32,000 bases of DNA from an uncultured Actinomycetes bacterium (GTDB lineage: Bacteria > Actinomycetota > Thermoleophilia > UBA2241): contig CAVYCN010000004.1 of the NCBI GenBank assembly GCA_963767005.1, positions 441,301 through 473,300 of the forward strand, given 5' to 3'. Shown in pieces: positions 1 through 7,390 of this stretch (position 1 is its first letter; every line of letters begins with the position of its first letter). The translations under genes were made by a program, and so were the position numbers. A model generated the notes under the pieces. It did not search any database, was not told where the DNA came from, and saw only the letters and a list, made by a program, of their open reading frames with translations.

Positions 1-1281
1 ATCACGTACTGGAACATCTTCATCTCGACCTGGATCGCGAGCCCGGCGCTGGCCATCCTCGGCCAGTACATGGGCTGGACGGGCCTGAGCAACTTCGTCG
101 CCAGCAAGGGCGGCATCGTGACGCTGACGACCGCCTGCTTTGCGATGTCGTTCGTGGCGGTCGTCTTCGGCATCAACGTCTTCCGCAAGATCCAGCGGCC
201 GTTCATCGCGGTCGGCATCGGCGGTCCCATCGTGCTTGCCATTGCGCTCTCGCTGTGCTCCAAGGCGAGCTTCATCGCGCACTGGAACGCGGCCGCCGTC
301 AAGTACCACTCCTTGAACTACAACGCCTTCGTCACCGCGGTCGGCACCGCCGCCGGCCACGCCATGCCCCGCACCTGGAACTGGGGCGACACGCTCGGCG
401 TCACGAGCGGCGTGTTCTTCCTGTTCATCTACGCGTACGCGCTCGTCTACCTGAGCGGCGAGGTCAAGCGCCCCGACAAGACCGTCCTCAAGGCGAGCTG
501 GATGGCTGTGCTCGTGCCGGCCATCATCGGCTTCTGGACGTTCTTCGCGCTCTACCACATCGCCGACTTCCGCTTCATCAGCGCGTCGGCCTACAACGAC
601 CTGTTCGGCGGCGTGAAGGGCTACAACTTCCCGTTCTCGACGAGCTACATGACGCTGTCGTGGCTGGCCTCGGGGCGCAGCTGGCTGATCGCGATCATCG
701 CCTCATTTACCTTCCTGCTCACGAGCTACTGGCTGATCACGGTCGACCTCATGCTCGTGCCGCGCGCCATGTTCGCCTGGGGCATGGACCGCATGGGCCC
801 CAAGTGGTTTACGGACATCAGCCCGCGCTGGGCCTCTCCGGTCAAGCTCTACGCGCTCATCACCGTCATCCAGATCGTGCTCACGGCAGCCTACGTGCTC
901 TGGTTCTCGAGCGAACTCACCGGACTCGTGGCCGGCGGCCTGCAGCTCGTCTCGGTATTCTTGATAACCGGCATCTCGGGCCTGCTGTTCGCCTATCGCA
1001 AGAAGGTCAGGCACATCTGGGACTCGTCGCCCTACAAGGGCTGGCGGATCGCCGGCGTGCCGATCATCACGCTGGCCTCGATCGTCTACGTCTGCTACAT
1101 CGTGGCGCTGCTCTACTTCGCCTTCTTCGACTCGAAGACGAAGGACATCACGGGCAAGAAGGCGATCATCTTCGTGATCGTGTGGGCGGTCGGCATCGCC
1201 TGGTACTACTTCTGGAAGCGGCGCAGCGCGAAGGTCGGCGTCGATGTGGCGCTGACCTACGGCGAGCTGCCGCCTGAGTGA
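1..1281 (+). CDS. APC-superfamily amino acid/polyamine permease (5' end outside window)
   Basis: Frame 1 is open from base 1 (first Met at 70) to TGA 1279-1281. The product is almost entirely hydrophobic helices with an APC-type loop 'SGEVKRPDKTV'. Overlapping ORFs in other frames are Arg/Pro-rich shadows. Confidence 0.75.
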   Translation: MTYWNIFISTWIASPALAILGQYMGWTGLSNFVASKGGIVTLTTACFAMSFVAVVFGINVFRKIQRPFIAVGIGGPIVLAIALSLCSKASFIAHWNAAAVKYHSLNYNAFVTAVGTAAGHAMPRTWNWGDTLGVTSGVFFLFIYAYALVYLSGEVKRPDKTVLKASWMAVLVPAIIGFWTFFALYHIADFRFISASAYNDLFGGVKGYNFPFSTSYMTLSWLASGRSWLIAIIASFTFLLTSYWLITVDLMLVPRAMFAWGMDRMGPKWFTDISPRWASPVKLYALITVIQIVLTAAYVLWFSSELTGLVAGGLQLVSVFLITGISGLLFAYRKKVRHIWDSSPYKGWRIAGVPIITLASIVYVCYIVALLYFAFFDSKTKDITGKKAIIFVIVWAVGIAWYYFWKRRSAKVGVDVALTYGELPPE

Positions 1282-1288
1282 CGCTGCC

Positions 1289-1351
1289 GGCCCGTCGCTT
1301 GTGACGGGCCTGCGCGGGCCGGCCGAAGACTGCCGTCTTCGGCCGGCCCGC
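1289..1351 (+). terminator. Two tandem GC-rich hairpins after the permease gene
   Basis: Hairpin 1: ggcccgtc(1289-1296)/gacgggcc(1303-1310). Hairpin 2: perfect 17-nt arms gcgggccggccgaagac(1314-1330)/gtcttcggccggcccgc(1335-1351) with loop tgcc. They start 8 nt after the stop codon. There is no clear U-tract. Confidence 0.55.
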
Positions 1352-1465
1352 GCTCCCGCCTTGCGGCGCGTGAGCGCGGCGGTTGCGACCGTCCACGTAC
1401 GGGGGCGGTGATCGGCCGGCGCCGGAAGGGTGCGACCAGTGTGAAGCCCGAAGAGGAGGCCTGCC

Positions 1466-2794
1466 TTGAGCGTTGACCTACGCCTGCAGTCCGGCGCGGA
1501 GGAGCGCGTCGTCGAAGCCGTGCGGGAGGGCGCGGACGAGCTCGTCGGCATCGTCGCCGACCTGGTCGCCTTCGACACCACGGCCCGGCTCCCCGGCGAG
1601 CCGGCGCGCGAGGAGCGGGCGCTGCAGGAGTACCTGCGCGGCGTCCTGGTCGAGCTCGGCGCCGAGGCCGACGTGTGGGAGCCCGAGCCGGTGCCGGCGG
1701 GGCATCCGGTCCTGCCCAACGGCCTCGACTTTCGCGGGCGGCCGCAGCTTGCCGCGCACCTGTCCGGAGCGGGCGGCGGTCGCAGCCTGCTGCTGAACGG
1801 CCACATCGACGCCGTGTCGGCCGAGCCCGTGGCGCAGTGGGCGAGCGACCCCTTCACGGCGCGGGTGCGCGACGGCGTGCTCTACGGCCGCGGCACCTGC
1901 GACATGAAGGGCGGGATCGCCGACCAGCTCTTCGCCCTGATCGTCCTGCGCCGGCTCGGCGTCAGGCTGGCCGGGGACGCCGTCTTCTGCACGAACACCG
2001 ACGAGGAATCGAGCGGGGCCGGGTCGTACGCCTGCGTCGAGCACGGCGTGCGCGCCGATGCCGGTGTCAGCGGCGAGCCGACCGCCTTCGACGCCTGGGT
2101 CGCCTGCCGCGGGGCCGTGAACGCGACGATCACGGTCGAGGGGCGTCCCGGTCACGCCGAGGTGCGCCAGCCCGACTGGCGCCTGGGCGGGGCGGTCAAC
2201 GCGATCGACAAGATGGCGCTCGTCCTGCAGGGCATCCACACGCTGCGCGAAGACTGGCGGACGCGTGGCGACCACGCTCACCCGTTGCTCAGCCCCGGCG
2301 ACATCGTGCCGACCATCGTACGGGGCGGCGAGTGGATCGTGACCTTCCCCTCGTCGTGCGAGCTCACCCTCGACCTGCAGTACCTGCCCGGCCAGGTCGG
2401 CGCCGACGGCACGGGCAGGGATGTCTTCCGCGAGGTCGAGACGTTCGTGAACTCGGCGGCGGCGTCGGACCCCTGGCTCGCCGCGCACCCGCCGCGCTGG
2501 GAGTGGCCCTGCGACATCATCCCGGCCGAGATCCCGACCGACCACCCCATCGTGCTCGCCGCGCTCCAGGCGGGGGCCGACCTGGGCCGTGCCGGCGTGG
2601 CGGGGGGCATGGACTCCTGGCACGATCCCGCCGTCTTCATCCGCCGCGGCGGCATCCCCACGATCTCGTTCGGCCCGGGCGGTTTCGACGTGGCTCACAG
2701 GATCGACGAGTGTGTGCCGGTGGCCGACCTGGTCGACCACGCCAGCGCCGTGGCGTTGCTCCTCATGCGGTGGTGCGGGGTAGCGGGCGGCTGA
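1466..2794 (+). CDS. M20-family metallopeptidase (ArgE/DapE-like deacylase)
   Basis: TTG start 6 nt after GAGGAGG (1453-1459). Classic M20 motifs 'LLLNGHIDAV' and 'GRGTCDMKGGIA', plus 'TDEESSGAG' and a C-terminal 'GPGGFDVAHRIDECV'. Confidence 0.85.
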   Translation: MSVDLRLQSGAEERVVEAVREGADELVGIVADLVAFDTTARLPGEPAREERALQEYLRGVLVELGAEADVWEPEPVPAGHPVLPNGLDFRGRPQLAAHLSGAGGGRSLLLNGHIDAVSAEPVAQWASDPFTARVRDGVLYGRGTCDMKGGIADQLFALIVLRRLGVRLAGDAVFCTNTDEESSGAGSYACVEHGVRADAGVSGEPTAFDAWVACRGAVNATITVEGRPGHAEVRQPDWRLGGAVNAIDKMALVLQGIHTLREDWRTRGDHAHPLLSPGDIVPTIVRGGEWIVTFPSSCELTLDLQYLPGQVGADGTGRDVFREVETFVNSAAASDPWLAAHPPRWEWPCDIIPAEIPTDHPIVLAALQAGADLGRAGVAGGMDSWHDPAVFIRRGGIPTISFGPGGFDVAHRIDECVPVADLVDHASAVALLLMRWCGVAGG

Positions 2795-2885
2795 GGCGGG
2801 CAGGTGTCGGGTGGCTGAGCGGCAAGTCGCGGGCGGTCGAGGCGGGCCGGGGCCGCGTGGCGCGCCTGCCCGCGCGTCGTCACGT

Positions 2886-3673
2886 CTACCGGTGTGTCAC
2901 GAGGAAGGTCTCGTCGTCATAGAGGATCGCCGACGGGCGCGCCCCAGGCGGCGATGACGTCACGGTCCGGGTCAGGTGCCAGTGGCTCAGGGGACGGCCG
3001 TTGACCCGGCAGTCCATGAAGCGGACGGGCCCGAGCGACGCGACGCCGTGGCCGTCGTCGCGTGTCTCGACGATGATCTCGGCGCTCGCGCAGGCCGCGG
3101 CCGGCGCCCGCCGGTCGCGACGTACCCGGCCCAGTTGGTCGAGACGCGGACGGTCGGCTTGGGCGTGGAGAGGGCACCTGCGGTCGTACCGGTGCGCGAG
3201 GTCGCCCCGCCGATCGAAGGCGTGTGGAGCCTGAAGACGCCCGCCACGAGCAGGATCGCGACGACCAGTGCGACGATGCTCAGAGCAGCGGCGATGGAGC
3301 GACCGCGGCCTGCGCTGAGTCGGCGGCCTTGTGGCGCGCCGGTGGGACCGGGGGCCGTCAGAGCGAGCTCTGGGTCGGAGGCGGACGGGGCGAGCTCCCG
3401 GGCGGTGGTGAGCTCCCGCTCGGCAGAGAGCTCGCGCGCCGCGGCCTGCTCGACCAGGGAGTACGTGTCGGGCGACGCCCAGAGCAGGAACCCCTGCCGG
3501 CCATACTCCTGCACCGCCCGGGCTTCGAGCCGCCCGTCCTGCTCGAGGGTGAACACGGCGCCGTCGTAGGTGATCGTGCGGCCGTCCCACTTGGTGATGG
3601 GACTGAAGGTGGCGATCAGCCAGCGCGCCGGCGGATGCGAACCGCACTCGTGCTGCCGGTCTTCTGGATCCAA
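2886..3673 (-). pseudogene. Membrane-anchored protein with peptidase G1/A4-like remnants; needs a frameshift near 3100-3112
   Basis: Frame A (putative TTG 3673 after a G-rich SD) gives a sensible cytoplasmic domain, a TM helix 'IAAALSIVALVVAILLVAGVF' and 'VSTNWAGYVATGG', then degenerates into Arg/Pro/Ser text. Frame B is nonsense upstream but sensible from 'ACASAEIIVETRDDGHGVASLGPVRFMDCRVNG' to the stop at 2886. 'SxNWAGxV' and 'AEWIVE'-like motifs are hallmarks of eqolisin (G1) peptidases, but about 100 aa between them is missing. Confidence 0.4.
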
Positions 3674-3728
3674 GGTCCCCCCAGGTCCTGGACGCCGCGG
3701 CGTGCGTTGGCGGCGGCGAGCTCGCAGG

Positions 3729-5111
3729 TCAGGCGTGAGCGTAGGCGCTGCCGCCGGTCGGCCTGACCGCCTTGGCCCGCTCGCGGTCGAGCGACAGGAA
3801 CGCCTCGACGCAGTGAGCGTCGAACTGCGTCCCGGCGCCGTTCGCAAGCTCGGCGATGGCGACCTCGTGCGAGAGCGCCGCGCGGTACGGACGGTCCGAC
3901 GTCATGGCGTCGTAGACGTCGGCCACCGCGATGATGCGGGAACCGAGTGGGATGTCCTCACCCGAGAGCCCCTCGGGATAGCCGGTGCCGTCCCAGCGCT
4001 CGTGGTGGTGCATGATGATGTCGGCGCCGGCGCCGAACAGGTTGAACTGCCCGGCCAAGGCCGCACCGGCCGCCGGGTGCTTGTTGATCTGGCGCCGCTC
4101 CTCCTCGGTCAGCTTGCCTTCCTTGAAGAGGATGCGGTTGTCGATCGAGATCTTGCCGAGGTCGTGGATATGCGCCGCTGAGACGACCAACTCGACCATG
4201 TTGCTCGGCAGACCGAGCGCAACCGCAATGCGCTCTGCGTGGTCGGCGACTCGCTTGGAGTGCTCGTAGGTGTACCGGTCGCGCTTGTCGAGGGTGTCGG
4301 CGAGCAGGACAAGGGCCTTCTCGGTGTCCGTCTTCAAGTGTGCGTAGAGCACGAAGCCCTTATACAGGACCCATATCAGCAGCGGGAAGTACAAGAGCGT
4401 CCACGGACTCTGTGCGTATGCGTTCGCGACGACGGCGCCGAGTGGGGCCATCGCCAGATAGAAGACTCCGCCCTCTCGCATCGACAGCAGCCAGCAGCGC
4501 CAGAAGGGCCGTCCGTGCAGGGCGAATACTCCACTCACCAGCATCCCGTTGACTGAGATGAAGACAAGTGCCGCGACGGCGTAGGCTGCGGCGTTCGACG
4601 TTAGACTCACGCTCGGGACAGCTCGCAAGGCTAGGAAGCTCAACCCGGCAAGTCCGCCGATTAGCGTCGACTGGCCACATTCGAAGGCCACCTTCAGCGC
4701 GCCTTTGCGGCGGAGAACTCCCTCCCCGACGAGCGCCCCGATGCACGCCGCCAAGGCACCAAAGGCCGGGCCGAAGAGCACGGCAGCCGCAAACGTGGGC
4801 GTGAAACACAGGGAGATCGCACCGTGATCGGACATGTGGACCGTCCACGAATCGCTCAACGCGATGACTCCCGCGAACAAGGCGAGCGCCGCCCATTGGT
4901 GCTTCGGAAGTGTCGAGAGTGTCGCGAGGACCAGCGTCAGTGCAGCTACGTCGACCGCCGCGACGTAGGCGGGTATCCGGCGTGCTCGTCGACCTATGGT
5001 AGGGAAGTTAGGACGCCGCTCAGCGCCTTCGCTGCGAGCATCTATCGCGGCTGACCGCGTCCTTGGCGACCAGAGCGTCATCATTGGTGCAGTGTCTCCT
5101 GTGCCCGACAC
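3729..5111 (-). CDS. Membrane-bound HD-GYP domain protein (putative c-di-GMP phosphodiesterase)
   Basis: About 7 predicted TM helices in the N-terminal half. The C-terminal half has 'HSKRVADHA', 'AAHIHDLGKI' and 'HHHERWDGTGYPEGL' (HD and HHExxDGxGYP motifs). The exact start is uncertain. Confidence 0.9.
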   Translation of the reverse strand: MSGTGDTAPMMTLWSPRTRSAAIDARSEGAERRPNFPTIGRRARRIPAYVAAVDVAALTLVLATLSTLPKHQWAALALFAGVIALSDSWTVHMSDHGAISLCFTPTFAAAVLFGPAFGALAACIGALVGEGVLRRKGALKVAFECGQSTLIGGLAGLSFLALRAVPSVSLTSNAAAYAVAALVFISVNGMLVSGVFALHGRPFWRCWLLSMREGGVFYLAMAPLGAVVANAYAQSPWTLLYFPLLIWVLYKGFVLYAHLKTDTEKALVLLADTLDKRDRYTYEHSKRVADHAERIAVALGLPSNMVELVVSAAHIHDLGKISIDNRILFKEGKLTEEERRQINKHPAAGAALAGQFNLFGAGADIIMHHHERWDGTGYPEGLSGEDIPLGSRIIAVADVYDAMTSDRPYRAALSHEVAIAELANGAGTQFDAHCVEAFLSLDRERAKAVRPTGGSAYAHA

Positions 5112-5220
5112 CGGCCGCGAACGGCCCGACTCATGGGTGCACGGTGCACGCCCGCCGGTACTTCATTCTCGGTCAGACGTGCGGTTCCCTTGAGTTGACC
5201 ACGGCAGATTGTGCCGCCCC

Positions 5221-5247
5221 GGTCCCGCGGGGACCTTCCCCTATAAT
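5221..5247 (+). promoter_or_regulatory. Candidate -10 (TATAAT 5242-5247) preceded by palindrome ggtccc-gcg-gggacc (5221-5235)
   Basis: Perfect TATAAT lies 27 nt upstream of the GTG start at 5274. The 6-nt-arm palindrome occupies the -35 position. There is no good -35 hexamer at 17 nt spacing, so support is weak. Confidence 0.3.
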
Positions 5248-5273
5248 GCGGCGAAGCGACTCGAGGGGGCCAG

Positions 5274-6863
5274 GTGAGCGAAGAATCCGCGGACAGGGTT
5301 GAGTACCACAGCGTGAAGGCTTTCGCTCGCGAGGAGCCCCGAATTGAGCTCATCGAGACCATGCTCAGGTCGGTTCTCGCGGCGGTTGACCTTGAGTATC
5401 AGGGCAAGCCCGTGCGGATCGACGGCTTTCGACTCCGCGACGCCGAGGATTGGCGCACGGTGCGCGAGACGTCGCTCCAACAAAACCTCGGCTCGTTCTC
5501 CACGGCCTGCAATTGCCACTGCGAATTCTGCTATGAGGACGGGAACCCAGAAGGCCTGTTCGTCAGGGAGCCCCGCTTCGTGAGCCTTGCTGAGGCCAAG
5601 ACGCGGTCGCGGCACGTACACGACGGCCAAGGGATGATGCGCGAGACAAAGTGCTTCTTCGAGCCCTTGGCCAATCCGCAGTTCCTCTCCCTGCTCGAGG
5701 TCGTTCGTGAGCGCCATCCCGACCAGGTGATTGACGTCACGACGAACGGGAGTCTGCTCACGAGCGACGTTGTCGCTCGCCTTGCGGACCTCAAGCCCGT
5801 CTACGTGAACCTTTCGCTGATTTCCGCGAACGGACCGGTTCGTCGGCGCATCATGCGGGACCGCAGGGCACAAACTGCCATCGACGCAATTCGGCACCTT
5901 CGAGCCCGCGAGGTCCCCTTCATGGGGACGCTCGTGCCTCTGCCCGATCAGGGGCTCCAGGATGTCACCGAAACGCTGGAGTACCTCGACGCATACGACG
6001 CCCGACTGGTGCGCGTGGCTCCCCCCGGGCTGAGCCGCTACCATCCAAGCTACAGGCCCGGGATCTTCGAGACGTGGGTGCCCGACCTCGTTGAGCATCT
6101 CTTAGCTGAGCGCCAGCGTCTCGCGACCCCTGTGATCGTCAGCCCCTTCGGCTTCGCCTCGGTGTCGATCGAGCCCATAGTCGAGGGGGTTATTCGCAGC
6201 TCCCCTGCGGCGAGCGCAGGAGTGCGCCTAGGGGACAAGGTGACTGTCGTCGACGGCACCAAGGTCGTGTCGCGCTCGCACGCTGCCAGCCTGCTGCGGC
6301 GGGCAATGAGAGTAGGAGTCGTCGACGTCGAGATCGCGCGCGGCTCGAAAACCAGACGTTTGCACCTGCAAGAGCCCGCCTTCGACGCTGACGCATACCC
6401 GCACAAGCCACGCGGCTACAAGCCGCTCGATTTTGCCGGCATGAGCTTCGGGTTGGTCCTGCCCGGTTCGTTCAAACTGCAATACGTCAAGCAGATACAC
6501 AGCAAGATTCAGGAGCGCAGCGCGAGGCACACGTTGATCGTGGCCTCGTCGTTCTATCGAGAGCTCGTTGAGAACCTGGTTCGCGACTTGCCGCTGCCCG
6601 ACGGTTCCTCGCTTGCCTTGGTCGTGCCGACCAACGGCTATTTCGGCGGGACCGTAAATGTCGGCGACCTGTGGGTGCTCGACGACATCGGTGACGCCGT
6701 CCGGGCCTACGTGCGCTCCCATGGCAAGCCCGACCTGCTGCTAATCCCAAGCTCGTGCCTCTCGCGGTGGGGACGAGACTTGCGTGGCGTGGCATACACG
6801 GAGCTCGAGGCGAGCCTCGGCATCGACATCGCGCTCATCCATTGCGAGCGCATCATTCTGTGA
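5274..6863 (+). CDS. Radical SAM enzyme with internal PDZ domain and DUF512-like C-terminal domain
   Basis: GTG start 4 nt after GAGGGGG. CX3CX2C in 'ACNCHCEFC' (C79/C83/C86), 'DVTTNGSLL' and 'VNLSLISANGPVRRRIM' are radical-SAM core strands. PDZ-like aa ~297-365: 'IVEGVIRSSPAASAGVRLGDKVTVVDGTKV'. DUF512-like tail: 'YFGGTVNVGDLWVLDDIGDAV...LLLIPSSCL'. There is no SPASM/twitch Cys cluster; the only other Cys are C81, C127, C495 and C524. Confidence 0.85.
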   Translation: MSEESADRVEYHSVKAFAREEPRIELIETMLRSVLAAVDLEYQGKPVRIDGFRLRDAEDWRTVRETSLQQNLGSFSTACNCHCEFCYEDGNPEGLFVREPRFVSLAEAKTRSRHVHDGQGMMRETKCFFEPLANPQFLSLLEVVRERHPDQVIDVTTNGSLLTSDVVARLADLKPVYVNLSLISANGPVRRRIMRDRRAQTAIDAIRHLRAREVPFMGTLVPLPDQGLQDVTETLEYLDAYDARLVRVAPPGLSRYHPSYRPGIFETWVPDLVEHLLAERQRLATPVIVSPFGFASVSIEPIVEGVIRSSPAASAGVRLGDKVTVVDGTKVVSRSHAASLLRRAMRVGVVDVEIARGSKTRRLHLQEPAFDADAYPHKPRGYKPLDFAGMSFGLVLPGSFKLQYVKQIHSKIQERSARHTLIVASSFYRELVENLVRDLPLPDGSSLALVVPTNGYFGGTVNVGDLWVLDDIGDAVRAYVRSHGKPDLLLIPSSCLSRWGRDLRGVAYTELEASLGIDIALIHCERIIL

Positions 6864-6870
6864 GGTCATC

Positions 6871-7122
6871 ATGAACGAGATTGCCGGTGAAGCCGAGTAT
6901 GTCTGGCACTTCAAGCTGTCTGCAGACACGGGCGGGATCGGAGCCGGGGACGGCCTGACCGGGATGGTGAGAGAACAGCTCCAGGCGCTCCTGCGTTGCG
7001 TCATCCTCACCGATCACGGCGCGAACCTGAAGGTGACCGGCTTTCGCTTCCTCGACGAACCGGGCGTAGTGCACAGCCTCCACGCGAATTCCCAAGAGGC
7101 TCCCTCACACGAGGGCCATTGA
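6871..7122 (+). CDS. Hypothetical 83-aa protein tightly coupled to the radical SAM gene
   Basis: ATG 6871 lies 5 nt after GAGG (6862-6865), which overlaps the upstream stop codon. Sequence: 'MNEIAGEAEYVWHFKLSADTGGIGAGDGLTGMVREQLQALLRCVILTDHGANLKVTGFRFLDEPGVVHSLHANSQEAPSHEGH'. I recognise no family. The track ORF 6784..7122 extends upstream into the rSAM gene. Confidence 0.55.
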   Translation: MNEIAGEAEYVWHFKLSADTGGIGAGDGLTGMVREQLQALLRCVILTDHGANLKVTGFRFLDEPGVVHSLHANSQEAPSHEGH

Positions 7123-7147
7123 CAGCTCGGGCAGGGAGTCTTAGGGT
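7119..7147 (+). promoter_or_regulatory. Sigma70-type promoter TTGACA-17 nt-TAGGGT upstream of the 37-codon ORF
   Basis: TTGACA at 7119-7124 overlaps the stop of the 83-aa ORF. An exact 17-nt spacer follows, then TAGGGT at 7142-7147 (TAnnnT class). The ATG lies about 47 nt downstream. Confidence 0.45.
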
Positions 7148-7194
7148 CCGACCGGGGTCAATCCGGCCAGTGGGAGCGTGAGATCGGAGGTCAC

Positions 7195-7308
7195 ATGAAC
7201 CAGGCGTTGGATGTCCTTGCGTTGGCCGACGTGGAAGAGGCCGACGAGATCGTCGACACGGTGATCGCCGATCCGCTGCAATTCAAATGGGACTCGCCAC
7301 TCGCCTAG
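7195..7308 (+). CDS. Small acidic peptide (37 aa), candidate precursor/substrate peptide; absent from the ORF track (below size cutoff)
   Basis: ATG 7195 lies 4 nt after GGAGG (7186-7190). It translates to 'MNQALDVLALADVEEADEIVDTVIADPLQFKWDSPLA', stop TAG 7306-7308. GC3 is 30/37 by hand count, against 42/60 for the overlapping minus-strand ORF 7141..7323. It sits between its own promoter and a strong terminator. Confidence 0.5.
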   Translation: MNQALDVLALADVEEADEIVDTVIADPLQFKWDSPLA

Positions 7309-7335
7309 CGAGCTAGCAGCCAAAACGCAAGCCTG

Positions 7336-7379
7336 AGGCGGCGGGCGGGAGGCGCAAAAGCGCCTCCCGCCCGCCGCCT
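7336..7379. terminator. Perfect 20-bp-stem hairpin, likely bidirectional terminator
   Basis: aggcggcgggcgggaggcgc (7336-7355), loop aaaa, gcgcctcccgcccgccgcct (7360-7379). On the + strand it is followed by tttctcc. It lies between the small ORF (+) and the stop of the convergent sensor gene (7391, -). Confidence 0.75.
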
Positions 7380-7390
7380 TTCTCCATCCC

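Noticed and set aside
703-1857. Long antisense/alternate-frame ORFs throughout the window. Examples: 703..1857-, 1478..2740-, 1675..2922+, 8807..10657+, 13939..15087-, 15656..16822-, 18326..19876-, 19843..21891-, 23981..25633-, 26278..27609-, 31020..31880-.
   Set aside because: Their translations are Arg/Pro/Ala/Gly-rich low-complexity text typical of shadow frames in ~70% GC DNA. Each fully overlaps an ORF with clear family motifs on the other strand or frame.
7141-7323. 60-aa minus-strand ORF (TTG start) between the rSAM module and the terminator.
   Set aside because: It has no SD, a non-ATG start and lower GC3 (42/60). It would begin immediately next to the terminator hairpin. The overlapping plus-strand 37-codon ORF has a promoter, GGAGG SD, ATG and higher GC3 (30/37). 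The minus ORF cannot be excluded without expression data.
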